DNA from: an uncultured Planctomycetota bacterium | GTDB taxonomy: Bacteria > Planctomycetota > Planctomycetia > Pirellulales > Lacipirellulaceae | Assembly (NCBI GenBank): GCA_963719315.1 | Contig: CAVRBU010000002.1 | Span: 704,001-768,000 of the forward strand | Direction of reading: 5' to 3' | DNA: 64,000 nucleotides | Part shown: positions 32,820 to 40,650 of the stretch, piece after piece | How positions within the stretch are numbered: the first letter of the stretch is position 1 | How the letters are laid out: each line of letters starts with the position of its first letter | Position numbers and translations under genes: made by a program | The notes under the pieces: generated by a model | The model's input: only the letters and a program-made list of their open reading frames with translations | What the model was told of the DNA's origin: nothing | The model's database searches: none

Positions 32820-34616
32820 TTAGCGCGAATCGTCGCTTCGCCAATCCGCCAACTGCATCTCGACCGTTTGCCGGCCGCGAAAGTTGTTGATCACCGCCTT
32901 AAAGGCGACGGCTAACGGCCCCGTCGCGCCGTTGAGGGCATCCTCCCAGTCGCCGCCGCCGAATGCAACGGCCCGCAGCGCCACGCCGTGCTGCTCCAAC
33001 CGCAACGATAGATGTCGCCCGGTGGAACCAATTCGCCGCGGCGGCTCGGTCATTCGCACGCCGGAGGTGCACAGCGTCGGCCGCTCATTGCCGTGACCGA
33101 AGGGAGCCAGGCTTTCGATTTGCCGCACCGTCTGATGCGTGAGCGCGGCGAGCGGCGTCTCCGCATCGACGAATAATTCCGCGACTCGCTCTTCGTGCGA
33201 AATCGCCCGCTCGGCATACGCGCAGAAATCGATCCGAAACGCGTCGATCGCCGATTCGTCGATCGTCAGGCCGGCCGCCGCTTCGTGCCCGCCGTGAGCC
33301 ACCAGATGCTGCCCGCAGGCTGCCAGCGCCGCGTGCAGATTGAACCCCGCCACACTGCGACCCGAGCCCATGCCTGGCTTCGTGCCCAACTCATCAAGCG
33401 AAATCAGCACCGTCGGCCGATGATAATGCTCGGCCAATCGCCCCGCCACAATCCCGATTACCCCCGCGTGCCACCCGCGGCCGGCCAGCACCAGGGCCGG
33501 CACCGCGTGCGGGTCGCCGATTTCCTCAGCCTGCTTGTGGGCGGCACGGTACACGCTCCGCTCCAGCGTCTGGCGCTGATCGTTGAGGCCATGAATGAAC
33601 TCGGCCAGCTTTAGCGCCCGTTCCGGATTCTCGGTCGTCAATAGTTCGACGGCCAGCGGCGCCTGCCCCAACCGCCCGGCCGCATTCAGTCGCGGCGCGA
33701 TCGTGAACCCCACGTCCTCGCAACTGAGCAGAGGGTTTTTGGCCAGCCCGGTGACTTGCTCAAGGGCCAGTAGCCCGGGCGTCGGATAATGACGCAGGCA
33801 GTTAAGGCCATGCCGCACTAGGATGCGATTTTCATCGACGAGTGGCACCACGTCGGCCACCGTGCCGACTGCCGCCAGCCCGACAGCCCGCATCAAAAAC
33901 GTCCGCATCGCCTCGCTGACGCGCTTTGCTTCGCTCGCCTGCTGACACAGCGCCCAAGCAACCTTCAGCGCCACCGCCGCCCCGCACAATCCCGGAAACG
34001 GATACGTCGACCCCGGCAACCCCGGATGCACAATCGCCACCGCATTCGGAATGTAAGCCGACTCTTCTGAAATCGGCTCTTGCGAGTTTCGGAGAAACTC
34101 GCCTACTTTCGGCTGATGATGATCCGTAATGATCAGCGTCAGCCCGAGATCCCGGGCCGTCTCCGCCTCGGCAGCGCTCGTGATGCCGCAATCGACCGTG
34201 ACGACAACGTCGCCCCCCTCGCCCGCGATTGTCCGCAACGCCTCGTGATTGAGGCCATAGCCCTCATCGATGCGATTCGGAATGTAGAAATCGGCCTTCG
34301 CGCCTAGCAACCTAAGACACAACAACAGAATTGCCGTGGCCGTCATCCCGTCGGCATCGTAATCGCCGTAAACGGTGATCCGCCGCCCGGCTCGAATTGC
34401 TTGATGCAACAGTTGCGCCGCTTGAACCGCGCCCGGCAACTCTTCCGGATCGCGCAATCCGCTGAGCTTCACATCCAGAAACTGCCGCACGCCGTCAACG
34501 TCGCAGATGCCCCGGCCAATCAGAAGTTGGGCCACGACCGCCGGCACACCGGCAGCCTGCCCCAACGCAGCCACCCGCGCCGGATCATAACTCGCAATGC
34601 GCCAGCGTTTGGGCAT
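32820..34616 (-). CDS. recJ: Single-stranded-DNA-specific exonuclease RecJ
   Basis: GDYDADG, TVDCG, ITDHH, GTVADVVPL, PRLNAAGR, GSGRS, GGHEAAAG, LAPFGHGN. Confidence 0.96.
   Translation of the reverse strand: MPKRWRIASYDPARVAALGQAAGVPAVVAQLLIGRGICDVDGVRQFLDVKLSGLRDPEELPGAVQAAQLLHQAIRAGRRITVYGDYDADGMTATAILLLCLRLLGAKADFYIPNRIDEGYGLNHEALRTIAGEGGDVVVTVDCGITSAAEAETARDLGLTLIITDHHQPKVGEFLRNSQEPISEESAYIPNAVAIVHPGLPGSTYPFPGLCGAAVALKVAWALCQQASEAKRVSEAMRTFLMRAVGLAAVGTVADVVPLVDENRILVRHGLNCLRHYPTPGLLALEQVTGLAKNPLLSCEDVGFTIAPRLNAAGRLGQAPLAVELLTTENPERALKLAEFIHGLNDQRQTLERSVYRAAHKQAEEIGDPHAVPALVLAGRGWHAGVIGIVAGRLAEHYHRPTVLISLDELGTKPGMGSGRSVAGFNLHAALAACGQHLVAHGGHEAAAGLTIDESAIDAFRIDFCAYAERAISHEERVAELFVDAETPLAALTHQTVRQIESLAPFGHGNERPTLCTSGVRMTEPPRRIGSTGRHLSLRLEQHGVALRAVAFGGGDWEDALNGATGPLAVAFKAVINNFRGRQTVEMQLADWRSDDSR
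34053..34106. repeat. REP-like GTAR hairpin doublet (54 bp) inside recJ
   Basis: GTAA-GCCGA..TCGGC on + and GTAG-GCGAGTTTC-tcc-GAAACTCGC on -, each 25 nt, 4 nt apart. Confidence 0.75.
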
Positions 34617-34630
34617 GACACGTCCGTGTA

Positions 34631-34695
34631 CGAGGAGCGAGGATCTAGAGACGAGGAGCGAGATTCTCTTGCTCAATCCTCACTCCTCGCTCCTA
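34631..34695. repeat. 7-mer GAGGAGC-type periodic inverted repeat between rpmG and recJ
   Basis: cgaggag cgaggat ctagaga cgaggag cgag ... ctcaatc ctcactc ctcgctc cta. Confidence 0.7.
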
Positions 34696-34863
34696 CTTTT
34701 TCTTTTCCGTATGCATCGTATGCTTACGCAGCCGCGGGCTGAACTTCTTGAGCTTCAGCTTCTCGCCGCCCGTCTTCCGCCGAATCGTGTAGTTGTGATC
34801 CCCCGTCTCCTCGCACACGAGGAACACGGTCTCGACTTTCTTTTTTCGTTTACCAGCAGCCAT
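34693..34863 (-). CDS. rpmG: 50S ribosomal protein L33 (56 aa; absent from the ORF track)
   Basis: Manual translation MAAGKRKKKVETVFLVCEETGDHNYTIRRKTGGEKLKLKKFSPRLRKHTMHTEKKK. Confidence 0.95.
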   Translation of the reverse strand: MAAGKRKKKVETVFLVCEETGDHNYTIRRKTGGEKLKLKKFSPRLRKHTMHTEKKK

Positions 34864-34866
34864 GGC

Positions 34867-34903
34867 AGGGTGGAGGGTTCAGGGTTTAGGGTTCAGTGTC
34901 CAG
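34867..34903. repeat. Degenerate (AGGGTTC)5 heptamer tract directly upstream of rpmG
   Basis: agggtgg agggttc agggttt agggttc agtgtcc. Confidence 0.75.
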
Positions 34904-35111
34904 CATGAGCGAGCCGGGTCGTCCCCGACCCCGCTTCCACGCCCCGCGTCGCGGAACCCACGATTGTACGGCGAAACGGCAAACCACTCCAGGGGGACCG
35001 GGAATCGGTAGTGGTACAGTTTGAATTTAGGGATTTGTGGGCATCATTATTTGGTCGCCCAAACCGCCAGCCCTAGCGCCACCGCAACTAGCGTTGTGGC
35101 AATTAGCAGCT

Positions 35112-35645
35112 TCACGTGACGGCCGATGGCGGCGAGCCCTCGTCGGCCGATCCTTTGAGGCTCTCCAGGAATTCTGGCGAGCAGCCGTTTAGCCAGAAAT
35201 GCTCGCCGGCATGTCGATGGATGGTTAGCGGAGAGCTGAACAATATCAGCAATATAAAGCCGCCCCAAAACAGAAATGGAAATAGACTGATCATCGCCAA
35301 CGCGGCGGCGGAGCGGTTAAGAACTAGCAGTACTAAAGGGGCGACGAGCGATCCGATTATGAGCAAACCGGCGATAAACTTTCGAAGCAGATAGCGATTT
35401 CGTACCTGCCTTGAAATTCCCGCTTGCACGCGGCAGCGATTCCGGACCACAAACGGGGCGAATAGCAGAAATGCCGGCATAAGGCACATCGCAATCCTCA
35501 GCCCGCCCGACAGATAGGGCAGATCGATAATCCGATACTCGCGCTCGCCTACCGGACGATTCGTTCGAACGCATCGCTGCGGCAAGGCCGTCCTGTCTGT
35601 CAGGACCAGAAACGTCCCGTCGATCCATTCGGAAGGCTGTTCCAT
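35112..35645 (-). CDS. Hypothetical membrane protein
   Basis: LPQRCVRTNRP at the N terminus, about 3 TM segments, C-terminal FWLNGCSPEFLESL. Confidence 0.7.
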   Translation of the reverse strand: MEQPSEWIDGTFLVLTDRTALPQRCVRTNRPVGEREYRIIDLPYLSGGLRIAMCLMPAFLLFAPFVVRNRCRVQAGISRQVRNRYLLRKFIAGLLIIGSLVAPLVLLVLNRSAAALAMISLFPFLFWGGFILLILFSSPLTIHRHAGEHFWLNGCSPEFLESLKGSADEGSPPSAVT

Positions 35646-36012
35646 GAGAGAAACACCGGCAGAGAAAACGAGTAGGGATAACGCGCGTGGCCTGCTCACA
35701 ACGCCCCGCGAAGATTCTATCACATCCCCGGCCTATATCAGCACGGCTCTATGGCCATCTGCCGAAACTGCCCGCCCCACGCCACCGACCACGCGATTCG
35801 CAGCTTGCGGAATCGGACTGGCGGCTTGGATTCCATGCCTTAAAGATACCGTGCCGACACTTCGCTAAACAGATCATCAAACTTCCATAGCCGATTCGTG
35901 ACGCCGGCCATCATCGCGGGTGTCGGACGAAGCTTACCGGTCTCAACGCTCTAATCTTGATAGCTAGAACGCCAGCCGCCATCGCGGGAATGCAGCCTGC
36001 AAGACACCACGC

Positions 36013-37527
36013 TCATTTTTTCCGAACGTCCGATTCTTTGCTTACATCGTCCTTTTTCTGTAAATCGTTTGGATCGAAGTTCGGGTTCGCGTGCGGTGCC
36101 TTGGCCTTAGCTTCCTTCCTCCAATTCTCGAGCATCCCGTGTAACTGGACAACGATGTCCGCCTGGCTCTCCGCCAGATTGTGGGTCTCACTCGGATCCG
36201 CTTCCAAATCAAACACCTCCAAAGGGTCGCCCTCACGCCACTCAATCAGCTTCCATCGTCCATCGCGCACCGCCGACGCCGGCGCACCACCTTGGTTGCC
36301 GTAATGCGGGTAGTCCCAAAACAGCGCCCGCTGCGCCAATTGCTCGCCGCGCAATAATGGTGTCAAACTCACGCCGTCGATGTGCTGCTCCGGCTTCACT
36401 GGCCGCCCCGCCGCTTCCAGAAACGTCGGGAAATAATCGTTGCTGATGATCGGCGTCGCGCACGTGCTCCCCGGCTCAGCGACGCCCGGCCAGCGGATAA
36501 TGGTTGGCTCGCGGATGCCGCCTTCGTACACCCAGCCTTTACCGGCCCGTAGCGGCGCGTTCGACGTCGACCAGCCCTCGGCGGTCGCCAGGCCGCCATT
36601 GTCCGAGGTGAACAGCACGATCGTGTTCTGCGCAAGGCCCAGCTCATCCAGCTTGTCGAGCACCGCGCCGATGGCATCATCCGTCTCCTCGATCATCGCC
36701 GCATAGGTCGGATTATCTTGCAAGAGACGCACCTTGTTGTCGTGTTCCTGGCCCCACGCCGGGCCCGTGTGCGGCAACCCGGCCGCCTTGGCCTTGTATT
36801 TCGCCACGAGCTTCTCCGTCGACTTCAGCGGCACGTGGACCGAATAGAACGACAGATACGCGAAGAACGGCCTCTCGCGATGCGACTCGATGAACTCGCA
36901 CGTCTCGTCGCCCAGCCGCCGCGTCAAGGACTCGCCGGGCGGACCATCGGCCAGCAGCGGATTGCCGTACGGGCTGTAGTAGCTCTTTGGCAGGCCCCAA
37001 TCGAGGCCCCCCTTGTTCACGTCGAAACCCTGGTCGGTCGGCAAAAAGCCTTTGCCGCCCAGGTGCCACTTGCCGGCGAAGAACGTCGCGTAGCCGGCGT
37101 CGTGCAACTCCTCGGCAATCGTCCGCTCGCTCAGCGCCAGATGATCGGCGTACGGCGCCGGCAGCAGCCGCGTGTTGCGTTTCCAATTCTCGGGCTGATT
37201 AACGCCGTACGGGTTGATGAAATCGGTGATCCCGCTCCGCTGCGGGTACCGGCCCGTCATCATGCTGGCCCGCGTCGGGCTGCACACCGGGCAAGCCGCG
37301 TAGGCGGCCGTAAACCGCATCCCGCCGGACGCCAGCCGGTCGATATTCGGCGTCTCGTAAAACGTGCTACCAAAGCAGCCGACATCCGTCGCTCCCAGAT
37401 CATCGACCAAAAACACGACGATATTTGGCGGCCGAGTCTCCGCTGACCAATCATGCGCAATCGTCGCGGCAAGAACCAATGCAAACACAGATAACAAAGA
37501 TCTCACGCAGAGAGAACGTGGAAGCAT
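36013..37527 (-). CDS. Formylglycine-dependent (Cys-type) sulfatase, secreted
   Basis: PNIVVFLVDDLG, CSPTRAS, GKWHLG, SDNGG, YEGGIREP; start could also be 37545. Confidence 0.93.
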   Translation of the reverse strand: MLPRSLCVRSLLSVFALVLAATIAHDWSAETRPPNIVVFLVDDLGATDVGCFGSTFYETPNIDRLASGGMRFTAAYAACPVCSPTRASMMTGRYPQRSGITDFINPYGVNQPENWKRNTRLLPAPYADHLALSERTIAEELHDAGYATFFAGKWHLGGKGFLPTDQGFDVNKGGLDWGLPKSYYSPYGNPLLADGPPGESLTRRLGDETCEFIESHRERPFFAYLSFYSVHVPLKSTEKLVAKYKAKAAGLPHTGPAWGQEHDNKVRLLQDNPTYAAMIEETDDAIGAVLDKLDELGLAQNTIVLFTSDNGGLATAEGWSTSNAPLRAGKGWVYEGGIREPTIIRWPGVAEPGSTCATPIISNDYFPTFLEAAGRPVKPEQHIDGVSLTPLLRGEQLAQRALFWDYPHYGNQGGAPASAVRDGRWKLIEWREGDPLEVFDLEADPSETHNLAESQADIVVQLHGMLENWRKEAKAKAPHANPNFDPNDLQKKDDVSKESDVRKK

Positions 37528-37675
37528 TCTACTCAAAGTAATCATTCTGCGACCTCCGTGCTTGCGCGAGACTTCCGAGAACAAACATCCCTTCCAGGAA
37601 CCGCACCTAGAATTGCCGATGGCTTGAATTATACTTCGTCTCGCTCAATCCATGTCAAACTGTTTTCACGAGCGC

Positions 37676-37712
37676 AAAAAAAATCGGGGCCGACGCTCCA
37701 CGCGACCCCGAT
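37676..37712 (-). terminator. Rho-independent terminator of hsp20
   Basis: Minus strand ATCGGGGTCG-loop-CGGCCCCGAT followed by a T-tract. Confidence 0.8.
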
Positions 37713-37801
37713 CACAAGCCAATAAGTACCGCGAGCCGAGCGGCACTTCGTTTGAATCAAACCAGCACAATTCCTGCCCGTCGCGGCTCGACGGACCCGA
37801 A

Positions 37802-38230
37802 TTACGACACTTTCACGTCGATCTTCTTCGGCTGCGCCTCCGGCAGCTTGGTGATCGTCACGTGCAGCACTCCGTTGGTGAGCTCGGCCGTGATCGTGTT
37901 CTGATCGACGGTTTCCGGCAGCGAAACGCTCCGCGAGACCTTGCCGTAGCCGCGCTCGTTGTGCCAGCTCGTGCGCTCGCCCTCGGGCGCCTTCCGTTCC
38001 AGCGTAACCTGCAGCGCGCCCTTGTCGAAGGTGAGCTCAACGTCTTCCTTTTTCACGCCGGGCGCATCGACCTCGATGTGAAACATGTTGTCGGCCTCCC
38101 AAATCGAAGCCGGCGCACGCCACATCGCAACTTCCTCCGCCCGGAAGAAGTGATTGAACAAGTTGTCGAATTCTGGCATTCCGGAAGCCAGAAAGTTCCC
38201 CAAACGATTCTTTTGCAATGCTGTAGACAT
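37802..38230 (-). CDS. Hsp20/alpha-crystallin small heat-shock protein
   Basis: DAPGVKKEDV, ERGYGKVSRSVSLP, NGVLHVTI; AGGAGA SD upstream. Confidence 0.95.
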   Translation of the reverse strand: MSTALQKNRLGNFLASGMPEFDNLFNHFFRAEEVAMWRAPASIWEADNMFHIEVDAPGVKKEDVELTFDKGALQVTLERKAPEGERTSWHNERGYGKVSRSVSLPETVDQNTITAELTNGVLHVTITKLPEAQPKKIDVKVS

Positions 38231-38370
38231 GACGATTTCTCCTTTCCTAAAACGGCGTGATACAAAACTTGGTTTATCAAACGATCCAAGCGATCAAACG
38301 CTCGCAAACACTCTCCACAAAGGGCGGCCACCGGGAATTGAAGCCGGCGACCTCGAACGCCACTCTAAAA

Positions 38371-38387
38371 AGCAACCGCCGTGCCGA
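38371..38387 (-). promoter_or_regulatory. Sigma-54 (-24/-12) promoter upstream of hsp20
   Basis: Minus strand TCGGCACGGCGGTTGCT matches YTGGCACG-N4-TTGCW with exact GG-N10-GC spacing. Confidence 0.75.
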
Positions 38388-38449
38388 CCGAGTTTATTCG
38401 GAGACAATTGCACCTAAATCTTTAACAGGCAATCAATTAAAGAAACCGG

Positions 38450-38529
38450 TGCCAAGCTGGTGCCAAAATGGCACGTGCAGAAGTGGCACTGCGGACCGAA
38501 TTACAAGCCGGCCTCATGCCAAATTGACA
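38450..38529. promoter_or_regulatory. Cluster of TGCCA-N3-TGGCA-like dyads, candidate enhancer-binding-protein sites
   Basis: TGCCAAGCTGGTG (38450), TGCCAAAATGGCA (38461), TGCAGAAGTGGCA (38476), TGCCAAATTGACA (38517). Confidence 0.6.
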
Positions 38530-38543
38530 GCTTCAAGAGGCGG

Positions 38544-39035
38544 TTATTGCCCGTTCGGCAAGACCACGTATGAGCCCTTGAACGAAACGGCAGGGCCCAT
38601 CGTGCCCGCTACTTCGACGGCAACGTCGAGCTTCGTTTGGCCCTTGTCGTCCAGCATTTCCAGAAAATACTGCGATTCGGCCGGCGTCACGGGCCGGCAA
38701 AGGGCGTAAATCTCTGCCGTAGTCACCGGCTCCAAATACTTGATTGAACTGCGGTGAATGACGATGTTACCCCGCCGCCCGAGTTGCCGAAGTAGCAAAA
38801 ACACGTAGCCCCAGCCAGCGATCGTACAGAGGGCGCTGAGGCTGCCCGCGAAGGCGGTTTGTTGATGGTTACGATTCGGATTGAGCGGCATCCGCATCAC
38901 CAGCCCGTCCAACCAGCCATCGTGCACCCGAATACCCATCTGGACGCTCATCGGGATTTCTCGCTCCAGAGTTGTCTGCAATTCTTCAATCATGGCAGGG
39001 GCCGCGGTCGTCGTTTTTACGGTGGAGTCGGGCAT
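38544..39035 (-). CDS. YiiD C-terminal-like hot-dog-fold thioesterase
   Basis: EIPMSVQMGI, PNRNHQQTAFAGS, IKYLEPV. Confidence 0.85.
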   Translation of the reverse strand: MPDSTVKTTTAAPAMIEELQTTLEREIPMSVQMGIRVHDGWLDGLVMRMPLNPNRNHQQTAFAGSLSALCTIAGWGYVFLLLRQLGRRGNIVIHRSSIKYLEPVTTAEIYALCRPVTPAESQYFLEMLDDKGQTKLDVAVEVAGTMGPAVSFKGSYVVLPNGQ

Positions 39036-39236
39036 AATGCACGGCCTGGAGATGCAATCGAACAGATTTCATCGTAGCCCAAGCTCATTTTCTTAACTAG
39101 CCGAGTCAGAGCAGACATGTATGGGCGGCATGCCCTCGGCTTTGCGTGGGCGCACGCCGTTTCCCTACGACATGGCCATGTCTCCGAGCTTCCCAGGTCC
39201 CGCCACCCATTGAGGACCAAGCTCTGACCTATTCCA

Positions 39237-40277
39237 TCAGAGCTTCAGCAGTAGCAAAACCGAGTAGTTCACTAGATGAGGTTCCGACCCATTCGGCGTA
39301 CTGTCGTACCGATCTTGGGCCGAGATTTTCAGACTTAAGTTCGAGGGCTGCACGAGCACCACTTCCCAGCCTACATCCGACACCAGGCGGTACTCGCCAA
39401 CCTGGTCCCATTCGGGAAAGTAATCCAGCTTCCCGTAAAACTTCTGCGTCGCACATAGCTGTTGGCTGTACTCGAACCCAAACAGCGATTCGGGCACCCA
39501 TCGGTCGTCGGCCCCGCCGAACTCGCGCGACGTGCCGCCACCCACGCGACCGATGAGCTCCAGGTCCTTTTCGTGAAAAAAGCGATAGCCCAAGCCTGTG
39601 TCGAGGTTCGTCTGCAGGTCGAAGTCTTTGAATTGGTCGTAAAAAATGCTGTTCGAGGCAAACAAGGTCCAGGGCGACGATTCATCTAACAGCCAGTCGT
39701 TGCGAAAATCGAACTGGGCATTGTTTTGCGTCGTCTCCCCGCCGCTGCCTGTGCGATTGTAGTAAGTGCTCACATTGAGCTTCGAAAATCGCGAGGCGCG
39801 TTTGATGTATCCGCCCGTGCGCAGACTAAACGATTCACTCGTGCCCGCCGAGCCATTCAGGCCGAGCTCGATCCCCGTATCCCATGGCACGGGCTCGAGC
39901 ACGAACGCGCGCTCGTACCACGTTGGATGCCTATCGACAATAGCTCCCGAGGCTGATGCTTCTCCGGCGGCGCCTTCGATTTTGTCACCACCGGCAGGCG
40001 CCGGCAGCGATTCTTCCAGTGGATTTGCGAATAGGGGACTTGGCGACGGCGACGGCGGGATTGCAGTCGCCGGTGGCTGCCACGGCTCAGAGGTCGGCGC
40101 CGGAGCGGCGCCTACAGCCGGCATTGTATCTGCTGGCGCTGCGATCGTTGGCCCGGGAGGCGGAAGCAGAGCGGGCTGCGGAATTTGCTGCCCCGGCACG
40201 CGCGCAGATCCAAACGCGACGGCGATCAAAATCAGCGAGCGTCGTACAAAACGCATTACGGCGATATCCGGCAACAT
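39237..40277 (-). CDS. DUF481 family outer-membrane beta-barrel-like protein
   Basis: Signal peptide, Pro-rich linker, WDTGIELGLNG, GLGYRF, DRYDSTP, amphipathic strands; exact start uncertain. Confidence 0.8.
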   Translation of the reverse strand: MLPDIAVMRFVRRSLILIAVAFGSARVPGQQIPQPALLPPPGPTIAAPADTMPAVGAAPAPTSEPWQPPATAIPPSPSPSPLFANPLEESLPAPAGGDKIEGAAGEASASGAIVDRHPTWYERAFVLEPVPWDTGIELGLNGSAGTSESFSLRTGGYIKRASRFSKLNVSTYYNRTGSGGETTQNNAQFDFRNDWLLDESSPWTLFASNSIFYDQFKDFDLQTNLDTGLGYRFFHEKDLELIGRVGGGTSREFGGADDRWVPESLFGFEYSQQLCATQKFYGKLDYFPEWDQVGEYRLVSDVGWEVVLVQPSNLSLKISAQDRYDSTPNGSEPHLVNYSVLLLLKL

Positions 40278-40501
40278 TTGCTGGCCGAAAATTTGATGAT
40301 CCTTGAGGTAGATGCTGTGCGAGCTGCGAGACAAGCTGCCAATCGTCGCACGACGATCGGGAGATTCGGCGGCAGGCGTTCCTCACCTGGCGGCCAAGTT
40401 TTAGCCACAAATCACTTGCCACTCAATGCCCGTTTAAGGACGGCACTAGCTTGTATTCGTTTAGGGGAGAAGTCGGTGATAGCAACCAGCCGAAATCAAG
40501 T

Positions 40502-40563
40502 GTGCCAATGGCTCCGCCAGCGCGTTTTCCAGCAATTCACGGCACTGGCAAAGCCAGTGGCAC
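40502..40563. repeat. GTGCCACTGGC..GCCAGTG-type palindromic repeat doublet (related copies at 3194-3215 and 26597-26668)
   Basis: gtgccaatggctccgccagcgc ... gcactggcaaagccagtggcac. Confidence 0.7.
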
Positions 40564-40586
40564 GCCGGCAACAACATCCATCAATC

Positions 40587-40620
40587 AAAAACGGCCGGGC
40601 TCCTTGCGAAGCCCGGCCGT
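40587..40620 (-). terminator. Rho-independent terminator of the YTV-repeat gene
   Basis: ACGGCCGGGCT-loop-AGCCCGGCCGT followed by TTTT on the minus strand. Confidence 0.8.
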
Positions 40621-40650
40621 GTAATTTTCAATCCGTATCTCACACTGCAA

